A stretch of 63,983 nt of DNA, filler included, from Hausera hauseri (taxonomy: Eukaryota): NCBI GenBank assembly GCA_046269625.1. It is 13 parts of 13 records of this genome, joined end to end, with 100 filler letters (N's around TTAATTAATTAA, not from the genome) between each part and the next. Parts side by side here need not be neighbours in the genome. Positions count along the whole stretch, not along the records: positions 37,029 to 41,870 come from JBJURY010417033.1; positions 41,971 to 46,428 come from JBJURY010570117.1; positions 46,529 to 51,283 come from JBJURY010448579.1; 10 more parts are not named here. One strand, 5' to 3'. This document shows positions 39,265-51,112 of the stretch, piece after piece. The translations under genes and the position numbers were made by a program. The notes under the pieces were generated by a model that saw nothing but the letters and a program-made list of their open reading frames with translations, was not told the origin of the DNA and did not search any database. Each line of letters opens with the position of its first letter. Positions within the stretch are counted from its first letter, which is position 1.

Positions 39265-40301
39265 CAAAGTAATTCGTTTACACTCCCACATCATCATCCT
39301 GAAGGACGACAAAGTAACAGTCAACATCAACAACGCTAAACCGGCTTTCTTCATTGACGACATGTCGCCCATCGAAACCACTTCATCAACATCTTCACAC
39401 GACGCGCAGCAATCCAACAATGCACCTTCCATCTCTGCTCAATTTCTTAATCCACTTTTGCCTACGCTTTCTCCCAAGACTTCTACTTGAATTTCTTCTG
39501 ACAATTCAGCCTCATTTTTCCCATCCGATTTTGCACCCTAAAGCCTTTTCACACCTGATAACAACCTGCGTTCTCCTCTTACAATACCTCCTCCATCAAA
39601 TACCACTTCGACTTCACCAATCTCTCCATCCATCCCTCTCATCATTCCAGCCTCTTGCATACCACCCTCCAACTACTTTCCTTCGCCTTCTCCATCTTAC
39701 TCTTTTCCGTTTTGTCCCTCTTCGCCGTTCTCTCTTTCTCCTTCCACACCTTCCTCATCTTCGGCGCTTTCTTCCTTTCTCCTCACACATCATTTTTAAT
39801 CCCCTTCATTTCCGCTCCGCAACTTCCCCTTTTTACTTCTATCCCTCTCTTCCTCTCTCTACCACTACCTCTGTGTCATCTTCCACTTCCGTTCTTTCAC
39901 CCAATTAAATTCCGACTTTTACTCCAACATTTTCTCTTTCTTTATCCGTCACTACACCTTTTATCATTCCTTCATCTTCTAACACTCTCTTGAATACCTC
40001 TAATCATCCGTCTCCAACAATCTCTTTCTCCTTCACCTTTTTTTATTCTGATTCATCTTCGCACGACACAACACTTACCACAAAATCCGACAATTTTTTC
40101 CCCAACTTCAACCTCTGCAAGCAAACACATCGCATAAAGACAAAACACGCAGTCACATTTAGCAAGTATAGCAGGAAAAAATCAGTAGAAGGCATCCAAC
40201 GTCTTGTCCACACTAAGACCAACTGACAGTTTTTCGTTTAGCGATTTTTTCTTGCCGTCTATTTTGGTCTTCATAGTTTTCACTTTGCCACGGGGGAGTG
40301 G

Positions 40302-40400
40302 TGTGGTGCCCATAGCGGCCGGCGCCCTTTGGCCCATTTGATTGGGCACGGTCGGGCTTCCTTTGCCGCCGCGTCGGGCCCGATCTCCCTCCTCGAAAGT
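40302..40400 (+). repeat. Start of 3' LTR (GC-rich); right boundary not determined
   Basis: TGTGGTGCCCA directly after the PPT. Confidence 0.7.
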
Positions 40401-40469
40401 GTCTTAGAGTACTGAGAAATTTTCCACTCTTCCAAGTGTTCTGGAAAGTAGTCAGTTTAGTGATGTAGT

Positions 40470-40676
40470 AGATTCTGTGTTCAAATATTAAAGAATGTTG
40501 TGTCAAAGAAATCGAAATTTGTAAAATCATTTTACTAATTGGTTAGAGTTTTTCCAGCTTCATCTTTGAGAATTCACAGAATCGAATTTGACATACTTGA
40601 TAAAAACGATTATTCACCAGTTTTCAAGGAAATTTATATCGAAGTGCAAAAAGTTGCAGAAACAATTGCAATCTAA
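40470..40676 (+). pseudogene. Protocadherin/cadherin EC1-EC2 junction fragment
   Basis: LC..ECC....C..LRIHRIEFDILDKNDYSPVF..VAE (DxNDNxPxF motif). Confidence 0.55.
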
Positions 40677-41486
40677 AATAAAGGTTTAATGAATTGAAAT
40701 TAATTCACAAAACAGTGTCAAATTACAAAAATTATACAAAACTTCTCAGTTTGATTCCGATGAGTCTGACACGGAAAACAAATCGAAGACGCACAAATCT
40801 GTTGCCGTACCAATTGGTAGCGATGACTCCTCATCAGAAAGCGATGTCATGCAGTCGATTGATGCAGGTGGCAAATCTCGTGAAGAAATAACCGGGACTA
40901 TAGAAAATATTCATCCGATTTTGTGGAAATTTAGAAAAATGAAATAAGACTAAATAAGTGCAGAGAATATTGCATGACCAATTACCTGACCTTTATGCAA
41001 AAAATGTGATTTGACGTTTACGCTTTTAACTATTGCAAAAGCAGAATAAAAATTTTTTTATTTGAATTGTGAAAATATTCAGACATTTTTTTAAAATATA
41101 TCAATCAGTTTCTACTTCATTGTGGACATTATCAAAGAATTTGTTGTCAGTTATAATTTGGAAATTTCTAGCTTCAATTCGAATTTAACATTTTTGAAAC
41201 TAAATCGTAATTTTAAATTGTGGATTTTGGCTGTTGTGGCCTCGAAAATGATAACTGTGGTTAGTTCTTTACACGTTTTTTTCTGGAACAGACGAAAATG
41301 AACCGTCTCGTTATCTGTTACGGATAAATAATCTTATTTGTCTACTTCACTGTGGATGGGACTCAAATTTTAGCAATTCATAATTCAATCAAATAACCAA
41401 GAACGCTAAAAGGGTCGACGCTGTTCTTCAGTCACACGCTGATGTTCGTCATTGGGGGCTTGTCTCGCTTCGTTGGAAAATGTGAT

Positions 41487-41870
41487 CTAAGTTGTCGAAT
41501 GTATGCTAGTCTTCCACCTCCTAGAAAGGGTCATTATCCCGTTCGGATTACGCAATAATTGCATTTTATGTTTATGCAATTTCGCCTTGTGTCCTTGCTG
41601 ACTACACCCATAGCATATTATGGATTTCCTTTCTGAGCAATTCCTGTTAATGTGCCCTTCTTTTCCGCAACCAAAGCACCTTGGTGCTTGTTGGAGGTTG
41701 CATGTCCTGCTTGTATACCCGTCTTTCTGGCACGACCAGCATTTCATCCTATTCTTTACCTGCGTATTTTGCAGTTTGAAATCCCTTCTTTCCTGTCTTG
41801 GTTTGTCAAGTTTCTGCATTGCCACATCCCGGTAACTCCGTCGACCCTCTCTAGTGTATTCTTTGACTGT
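41487..41870 (-). pseudogene. gag: gag nucleocapsid remnant with three CCHC knuckles
   Basis: CWSCQKDGYTSRTC, CFGCGKEGHINRNC, CYGCSQQGHKAKL. Confidence 0.7.
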
Positions 41871-44800
41871 NNNNNNNNNNNNNNNNNNNNNNNNNNNNNN
41901 NNNNNNNNNNNNNNTTAATTAATTAANNNNNNNNNNNNNNNNNNNNNNNNNNNNNNNNNNNNNNNNNNNNCACGGTTAGCAAGTCATTCTACGACCGTTG
42001 TCCCACCAGAAAGTTGCATCATTCACAACCCCCTGTGGTCACACCCTATTGTCAGCTATTGACACACAAAAACCAACATTGTCAAATCGACACGGTCCAT
42101 CTCGAGACCACTCACTCAAATGCCTGGTTGCACGCAGCGCAAACGCTGCACCAAAACAGGTGGGGATCGAACCCACAGTGCCGATACCGGCACTCACTCA
42201 TGCCGTTTTTTATAGGCGGCGAGTACGCTCCATGCATCCATGCAACGTGCAGAATAACCTGACTCAAGTGCTAAATCGACAAACACTAGCATTTTACTCA
42301 AAAACACTGTGTATTGCCAAGAGCGCAAAATGCCGTCGACAATGGCGCATTAAGAAACTCCCCGAACAGTCTATCAAACATCGGTTTCAATTTGAAACAG
42401 TCGGCGAGTCAGTCGACAACCAGTGTCACCCTACGGAAACTAATCAAACTCATAGACAAAACCTTCGTGAATTAAAATGAAGGGTAAAATGGATTTCAAA
42501 ATTCTACGGAGGCATATTTTGCGAGAGGGAATAGTTCATGCAACTTTCAATCTGCCCAAGCTCATTTATAGCTCAAATATTGAGACGAAAGAGGCGCCAC
42601 AAAATCATCTAACTATATACAGAATAAGCTTTTCAATTTCGTTGTAGACATTTCTCAATTGGGGAAGGGATACTGCATGGGTGCCCACATGGCATTTTAT
42701 ATAGTGTGCACGAGTTGATGAGCAAATTAGTTTTCATCTGCATCTGTACTCTAGGTGACATTGTGACATGATTCTGCAAACATTTAATTTCGTCAAAAAA
42801 GACGACATCCTGTGTATTACATTTGAAATAGCGGTAATTCATAATTATACACCAATATGTCGATAAAATGTTCACAAACAAATGTCACATAAATTCCCAT
42901 GCAACGTCCTCATCACGAAATGACGAATTCGAATTTGTGCCACATTCGGGTTCATCTAATTTATTATATAATTTGTCAAATTTCATTAATAATGAAACTG
43001 ATGAAAAATCGCTACACATTGTTAGCAGATGAATTTTATGTCAAAATCGAAAAACAAAATTTTCGTAGAAATTCAAAATTGTGTGTATTTCTGAAAACAC
43101 TATATAGTCCTAATCTAATGTATAATTATTTAATTTTCCAATAAACAATTCTGTCCATTTCCTATAATTGTCATAAACTGTACAATGGAACTCAATGAAA
43201 TATACAAAATCTTAAAAATCTAAATGAGAGAAGCAAACAATGTTTGAGAGTTCATGTGGTCTTTTACAAAACCCAACTAATGTTCGGATATTTTAAACAC
43301 CTTTGGGATACGATTCAACGTCCAATTGAAACAATAAATGATATTTTATAAATATTTACAAATCAAATGTAAATGGGTATATTTTAAACGACACAACTGA
43401 CTTTCGTTACTAAACTGCCAAACATGCTATGAAGTCCAACAAGAGTAAAAATCGATAAAATTCAATGAAGATAATTAACACTCGCCCCATTCAATAATAA
43501 AGCTTCACTAAGAAAATGTGGTATAAAACAGTTGGATATTGAATAAATATTGACTCTGTAAAGAAAATATTATTAAAATATTGCGTATAAAAATATTATC
43601 AAATACTCAGAAAAAACCGCTTCTGCTATTAATAGATTTTCAAATTGGTAATTTACAAAATGCAAACAAAAATACCCTGATATTTCCTTTGATCTCATTT
43701 TTCACTATTCTCATTGGAGTTCCAAATAATTCTAAATTCAAAACATTTCAACTCGATTTTAAATATACAAGATTATTCTAATAGTCTTAAATAGACGACT
43801 ATATATACCAAAAAAGCAAAACTCCAAAAAACCTCTTGCTACTTCAATGACATCGTCAATTTAAAAAATCTGGTCTATCTAATAATTTATGCACTGATTT
43901 GATTGAGAAATATTTTTATGCTCATTAACTACGATCAATTAAAGCACCTGAAAAACAAAACGATTGTAAACATCGCAACAAACTTTGAACTAAAATTACC
44001 ATTTATAATCATCGCACGCATCCGCAAATTCCACCTCGACACGAATGCCCAAAAACGTCAGAGATGGATAAATTTCATTCTTAATCTACGAATCCAAAAA
44101 CAGAAACTTAGATTTAAAAATCCGAAATAAACAATTGAATATTCAAACAAATTTATAATAACAGTGGGACCAGGGAAACATTTAAGAAGGCCATGAATTT
44201 GTGAAATCTAATATACTTGAACGAAAATTGGAATGAGTTAAAAGTATTTACCACCAAATATTTTCGAATTCTGATTTCAATAACGGCTTTCGATTTTTTA
44301 AACTACATAATTAAATTTTGTAAGCGGAATATGCAGTATTCTAATTTTTTCATAAATTTCTGCAGCTACCATATTGACGTGTTACACTCATTAATTGTAA
44401 AATAGGTTAAAACTTTGTACGAACGAAGTCTAAAAATACAATGCATAATATTGGGCGAATATGATAGATTTAAATGTTCGTTAAAATAACTTAAATTTCA
44501 AATAAAATAACAAATCAAACCAACTTTGTTTCATACCAAGTTATGTAATATTTAAAATATGCCATACACAAATGATGAAATAGATGACACAATTTAATTC
44601 TATACCCCAAACTTCTAAATTACCTCAAATCAAAACGCCTTTCACATTATTACCAGTCTCATTATAATTTTTTGTAAACATCTAGGAAATCTAAAACATT
44701 AATTGGTCAGCGTAATATGCGATTAAATTGTGGCACATTTTCATAAAAGTCAAAGCAAACAATTTACATGAGTAAATATTGTTAAAAATTAAAATCTGTT

Positions 44801-45218
44801 TCAATTTTTTAGGCGGGGGAGTCTTGTAAGGTTCCACCTTACAAAAAAATATGAAATTACCGAAACATACTAAAATTTAAAACCTCAAAATTTAGTATCA
44901 TGGAGTCGATCAAATAAAATTAAAATACAAAAACCACGAATTTAAAATTTTTTTCCTCTTGAAATTTTAAACATACCAAATAGTAGTAACAAAACCAGGG
45001 ATTCGCCCAACATCAAACAAAAAATATATAAATAAATTAAAAAGCAAATAAGGGATTGCAAGTGCTGGGGCTATCAGCACTTGTAGCCAACAAAAATATT
45101 ACAAACACAAAGCTGTGGATTTAAACTCATTTTGTTTAAATCCACAGTTTTAAGAAGACCACTTACATTCAAAGTATAAAAAATTCCAGCAGCACCGAAA
45201 GCGTTCGAAAAGGGCCAG

Positions 45219-45824
45219 ATGTCGGCAACCAAGATAGCGAAACCCGGCGAACCTACTGTCCGACAAGCCGCCAAGGCCCACCTAGGCGATGCGCCAGACC
45301 AACCAGATACCACGGCGAACGAAAAGAAGACCGTTCCGTTTACGGGATACCGCATTCCCAAGGTACCCCGACCTACACACGCCGGAGCGGAAAATGGAAC
45401 CGACGGGCATACAGCTTCAACGGAACAAACCAAATCCGAAGATAGGAGACACACAGCCCGGCGAGACACCGTCTCTAGCGGAAAGCGACATCGGATCCGG
45501 GACCGTCAAGCTCCGTACCGCTCGTATTCGGATTATCAGACGGTTCGAGAGCTGCTGCAGCGGAGCAGATTCGTGCGGCACTTCAACAGGCTGCCCGAGA
45601 ACGACCCGTACTGCCTCCCAACCGGACATCTTCGACGGTTCTACGCCGATGGAGATCACCGGCAGTTGTTCGATTCCTCCGCCTTCTTACCAGTCTTTAT
45701 AAGACTGATGGCGGCAACCGATCGGCTTTTCGAGTCATTGGTTCCATTGCAGAGCCAGTTGATTCCTAACCTCCAAACCGCTGACAAGTGGCTGGCTAGG
45801 ACAGTAAGCCCCAGCCCAGACTAA
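45219..45824 (+). CDS. Unidentified GC-rich basic ORF (201 aa), possibly continuing to 46307
   Basis: ATG-initiated intact ORF in a GC island within AT-rich DNA; no recognisable motif. Confidence 0.35.
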   Translation: MSATKIAKPGEPTVRQAAKAHLGDAPDQPDTTANEKKTVPFTGYRIPKVPRPTHAGAENGTDGHTASTEQTKSEDRRHTARRDTVSSGKRHRIRDRQAPYRSYSDYQTVRELLQRSRFVRHFNRLPENDPYCLPTGHLRRFYADGDHRQLFDSSAFLPVFIRLMAATDRLFESLVPLQSQLIPNLQTADKWLARTVSPSPD

Positions 45825-47207
45825 GTTCCCGTACCGCGCCGTCGACGCCGGTTGGAGCCGCCGAGACTTGGCCGAACATCCACTGAGTCCAGTTCGGACG
45901 ACGGTTCGACTCGTCCGCGCCGAAGCCCGAGGATCCATCCGGTCCTCTCCTCTACCGAGGACTCGTACGCCTCGGCGGACGAACCGATTGCGGATAAAAA
46001 TAAAATTTTCAAACTTTGTTTGATTTTCGTTTATTGTTTGACGTTGTACCCGTTGGTTTTGCTCGACCGTTTTATAAAATGTAAAACCATGAAAATGGTG
46101 GCAGCGGTTACCGCATTTACGACTTTCAATACAAATTCAGCCATTGAAATCAATCCGGCTCGAACACTGCACACGGCAGTTGATAAAAGTCCGGCTAAAA
46201 GTCGCACAAGTGCCGTCGAAATTAATCCGGTCACACAATCGTATATCAGCAAGTATGATCACGTAACACCCACTGACAGTTTTACTAGTAAAATCAACTG
46301 CAATTAGAAAATCACAATGAGTGATTCTGAACAAGTGCTAAAATATCCTAGCACTAACACACGTGACAACATAATTCACTATGGTGAAACACCATCGACC
46401 GATAGTACGCCAAACGAAGTACAACTCANNNNNNNNNNNNNNNNNNNNNNNNNNNNNNNNNNNNNNNNNNNNTTAATTAATTAANNNNNNNNNNNNNNNN
46501 NNNNNNNNNNNNNNNNNNNNNNNNNNNNTATATGACATTATGAAGATATTAAAGTTACGATCCACACCGGGACATCCGGAGAATAATGGAATGGTTGAGA
46601 GATATATTGGAGACTTGAAAGGGAAATTACAAACGGTAGTAAATACTAGGCAAAATGATTGGGGCGAATATATCAATGCATGTGTTTTCGTAAATCGGAC
46701 ATCGGTTTATGAATCCACTAAAGAGACACCCTTCTACTTTATGTATTTACGGGACGCAAGGTTACCGATTGATCTAGATTTTAATGTGAAACCCATTTCA
46801 CACTTAATGGAAGTAGAAGATTATATGCAGTTAATGCAGGAACGCCTACAGTTAGTATATAAAATGATTGGTGAAAATCAGAAAGATTATAAACTAAGAT
46901 ATGAAAAATATTATGATCAAAAGACCAAACAGCAAAAATTAAAATAGGCAACCAAGTAATGTTATATTCACCGGTAATTAAAAAGGGTAAAACGTCTAAG
47001 TTAGATAGACCATATAAAGGACCGTATGAAGTAGAAAAAATAGATTTACCGAATATTTGTTTGAAGAAAAATAATACTTCTGTAAAAGTCCATGTTAATA
47101 GATGTAAACCCTATGCCAAAGAGAGCAAACTAAGAAAAGGTGAAAAAGAGTCGGTATGTAGCATCAGTAAATAGGTAATCGAAATAAGTTCAACAAGTAA
47201 ACTTCAG

Positions 47208-48565
47208 ATAAAGGAGGTCCTACTACTAATCATTATATTGTTATCTTCCCTAGTGATAGGACAGATAACGAATTCGGAAATCGAACGTGCAAAAATAAGA
47301 CATGCCATAGCTGTACAAGAAGATCTGTTAATGAAAGCTTTACGGTACAAAATAACATATTCAGAGAAAGGTCAGAAAGTAATAATTTGGAGTATGTTAG
47401 ACCAAATGCCGTCCACATATATTATGGGAATACAAATGATACCTTGTCACGATAACAAAAGAGACCCTAATGAGCGACAGTATAATTGCCTATTCCACGC
47501 AGGGACCAATCACACAGAACATCTAGTACAAGACTCAGGTGTTTATTATATATATCTGACACTCATAAGAAAACAAGGAGACTACTATAGAAGCAGGGAA
47601 ACAAAATTGCCAGATAAATAGTAATCCCTACCAGACAACAGATGAACGAAACGTTATTATATGAAATAATATTCAATCAGTTGATAACAAGGCCGATGGG
47701 ATTTAAAAGCGGGATACGATTAGAAAATACTCGAAGAATAACAATAAAGCTAATAGACACAGTGATTTCAGAAGTCAAAGTTTGCAGGATTAAAGGTAAT
47801 CAGCAACGAGTTTGTTGTACGGTTACGAGAGGAAAAATATATCATGTTTATTATCTTCTGTTTCGAAAAAAGAATGGTAAATTCAGGTATCCAGTAGAAC
47901 GAAAAGGACCAACAATGTTCATACGATATAAAAATCAAAAAGAGTACTATGATATACCAGAAAAGATCACGATGCCATCTGTGCAATTCTCGGCTGATAA
48001 AAAAGAGATTACTATCTTAATTAAACCTTACGCTTCATATTATCGTCAAAAACGTTCCATAGGGGATAACGTAACTATCATAGCAGCCCCCACTGCATTA
48101 ATTATATCCGTTAAATTTTATCTTGATTTTGTAAGAATTAACTTTAGTTGTAAGAAACAAGATACCATAGTAGCAAAAGGAGTTATAACCCCCGATGATC
48201 TGATAGTGTCATGTGCGGCCTTGGAGTCTGATACGAAACACACGGTCATTCTACAATTGTTAGATTACAATGACAAAATAACCTCTACAAAAGTAATGTC
48301 CGCTATCACAAAAAGTAACAAAGTAGAATCACCACATGGGATAAATACAGTTAAAAGTAAAACAACTAAACAGCCATCACGATCGGTGTATAAGTATTCT
48401 CGCCTAGAAATAATCATAATAGGTTCAATAGTTCCAATAGCAGTTGCAATAATAGTAGTGATATTGTTTAAGGTGATACGACGACGACACAAGAGGAAAC
48501 GAAGCTGCGTACGAATTAACCTACGTGAGCTAACGAACCCGTTAGCAACTGACAATTCCAGCTGA
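47208..48565 (+). pseudogene. Env-position type-I membrane protein (signal peptide, C-x9-CC, FN3-like, TM, basic tail); one frameshift near 47630
   Basis: (ATA)KEVLLLIIILLSSLVIG|Q, CRIKGNQQRVCC, LESDTKHTVIL, IIIIGSIVPIAVAIIVVILF-KVIRRRHKRKR. Confidence 0.75.
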
Positions 48566-48746
48566 CGGTTAAGTCTAGGGATTGCTGTTTATGCAACCCT
48601 TTTAATAGAGATAACCACATGTCACCAGGTTACCTACAAGAATAAGTTAAAATATAAAACTACAACGATTACCATTGTGTGTTTGATAACCATTGTGCTG
48701 CGTGTAGATATCTGTAATGACTTTTTATTGACATTTCTTTCTACAG

Positions 48747-49990
48747 TATCAACTTCAACCGCTAACCAGATACAATCAATCACCAGGTCGAAACATTGGT
48801 TCAGTAACGCCAAAACCCACCTCATCAATGCCACCCCAGCCAGTCAATATTACGTAGTCCACAACGACTATACCTATAGTCTAAATTATCCCCAGACGCT
48901 ACAGATCCCAAATAATCTCAAAGGCTACAGTATGGGCAATCGGTCCTTAGCCATAATTCAGTTAACGAAAGCAACATCATTCTATCTCCAGGACCTAATA
49001 ATTCTGCCGGAAAGATTTCACTATATGAACATCTATAACATTGCGGGCAAATTCCATATTAAGTCGACAAGCCGCAAAACCTCAATACAGAGAGAGCTAA
49101 TTAATATGGATCCAAATCGTGCTCTCGCCTTTAAATCCAAATTTATAAAGGACATTACATTAATGATTCGCTTCCTTTCAAATCGAATTATGATCGCATT
49201 TGAGATCATCAAACATGAGACCTTTCAACCAAGCGTCCCAGAGGGTAGATGTTTCCATCTTCCGGAACCCGACTATCTTCGCTACAAGACAGTCCCTTAC
49301 AGACGAATACAAAACGTCACAAACGCAGATATGGTCATAGCCGCCGTCAACTTAGCGTATGACCAATGGAGTCAGATGCAGCCAATCCAATGCTCGGTCA
49401 TAATGCTAGATGGTCAAACCCTCTTCTATAGCGTCATCTCTCCTCGACAAAGGATCAATAATTTTGATACCCATCTGACGGGTTTAGCGGAATCACACAT
49501 AAATAATCAGATGGATACCAACGAGTTTTATCGAAAGATCACGGAGATTCTAACGGCCAAAATTATAATCGGAGCTGATGTTCTTGAAATGGTAATTAAC
49601 CACTGTAAGTGTCCAGTCAGACGGATAGCCGGAGATCGTGATATCTTTTATCACGAAGAGGCTATCCGTAAGTATCAATTGACTACAAATACTTATAAGG
49701 AGTTGGCAAAGAAATTCTACGATACTTGTGGAATGCCATTCCGAAGCACTGCCTTGGTACAATGCCACCAGGTCATATACAAGCAACTTAAATGGACTGA
49801 TGAAGTTATCACTCAGACCACGGCCTCCGATCCGGTGCGAATAAAACCCACCTCTGGTAGTAGAAAAAGAAAGTTCCAAGCAGATGAATCGGTGGTGATT
49901 GACAACGAAGTTTATGAACCAGAGGCAATCAGATACAAAAGCAGGACCTCGGATAAATTTATACACGTTCAACTATCATTAGACCAATAA
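48747..49990 (+). CDS. Spliced accessory exon encoding an N-terminal domain plus an inactive DEDDh exonuclease-like domain
   Basis: Open for about 414 codons; acceptor TTGACATTTCTTTCTACAG ends at 48746; LDGQTLFYSVISPRQRINNFDTHLTGL..KIIIG..RD resembles REX4/ISG20. Confidence 0.7.
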
Positions 49991-50139
49991 CATTCTCGCG
50001 ACTCTCTCACTTTCTCCAGTTATTAAAATTTGTGGCAATTTTCTTTAACCCCGATCCTTTCTGATGACTTTTAACCCCAACTGATCTTAAAAATAGACAT
50101 TCCATTACTATGACAATTTAAAAATAGACTACTTTGTGT

Positions 50140-50473
50140 TGATAATGTTAAAGCTGATTTAGTTTATTGCACTATTCATAATTTGGACATATTTGATATG
50201 GTTATTTTATCACAATTGTATTTTGTCCTAATTTGGACATATTCGATGTAGTTATTTTATCACAATTGTATTAACTTAAACATATTTGGCATTACGTGTC
50301 CTAATTTGGACATTTCGATGATAATGTAAAAGCTGATTTAGTTTATTGCACTCGTCCTAATTTGGACAGATTGGATGTTGTTATTTTATCGCAACTGTAT
50401 TAATTTAAACATATTTGGCATTACGTGTCCTAATATGGACATTTTGGTGAACAGACAGGGACTATATATATAA
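50140..50473 (+). promoter_or_regulatory. U3 enhancer: tandem duplications with four perfect CArG boxes, then a TATA box
   Basis: CCTAATTTGG at 50227, 50300 and 50356; CCTAATATGG at 50429; TATATATATAA at 50463. Confidence 0.75.
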
Positions 50474-50966
50474 CATACGGTAGTCCTTCAGACCATAAGC
50501 AGACGTTGTCTATTTGTAAAACTTTGATACGATCATCTATCTCCATGTCTACCTGTAAGTGTAATGTTTGATTTCATATTTTGCTTGTTAACAATATACA
50601 GTCATATCTTTTTGAAATTATATTATTATTTTATTGAAGTCTTTTTACTAAATCAAGAGAGTAATTAATTAATCGATAATTAATTAATCGATAATTAATT
50701 TGGTATTTGGTCGACCAGGTCTAACACTACCTGACGACCGCCCGTATAATTTTCAGTAAAGTATATGGTAGTAAACCATGTAAATAATTTAATAAATCGA
50801 AGACTGGCCCATACACATTACCTACTAATAGTTAGGTAGGTCAACGCAACGCCTCTATGCATATCCACTCACAGCGGCTAATCAAGTTAAAGTTAATTGT
50901 TCGTCCCATTAATTAACCATTTACGTAGAAGCCTCTCCCAAAGTAATTAGTGAGGATTGAACAAAT

Positions 50967-50984
50967 TGGTGCCGTAACCCGGGA
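50967..50984 (+). promoter_or_regulatory. tRNA-His primer-binding site
   Basis: TGGTGCCGTAACCCGGGA is near-complementary to the tRNA-His 3' end. Confidence 0.85.
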
Positions 50985-51112
50985 TCATTATTTCAAGACC
51001 TTTGGGTTAAGAAAGTATCACCATTACCACAAGAAAAGGAACAATTTATCACCCAGAGGAAAACAAACCCTTCGGACTAGAGTATTTAAGAAATCTAAGT
51101 GAGGGCGAACTA

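Larger units (their letters stand above)
37029..40301 (+). mobile_element. CsRn1-like integrase, S/T/P tail and PPT, interrupted by the 37989-39264 insertion
   Basis: HHPG..CVACQK, DLVGPLP; PYK|VIRLH is restored when the insert is removed; KHAVTFSKYS; PPT GGGGGAGTGG. Confidence 0.9.
48586..50963 (+). repeat. LTR; 3' end firm (..GAACA before PBS), 5' start (TGTT at 48586) tentative
   Basis: TGTT..AACA inverted termini; TATA at 50463, AATAAA at 50791. Confidence 0.55.

Noticed and set aside
39354-39993. Leu/His/Phe-rich ORFs (also 14159-14440 and 17117-17401)
   Set aside because: Alternative frames or antisense of the low-complexity integrase tail.
42480-44800. Short ORFs in AT-rich DNA (also 20757-21900)
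   Set aside because: No motifs or coding signal; treated as intergenic.
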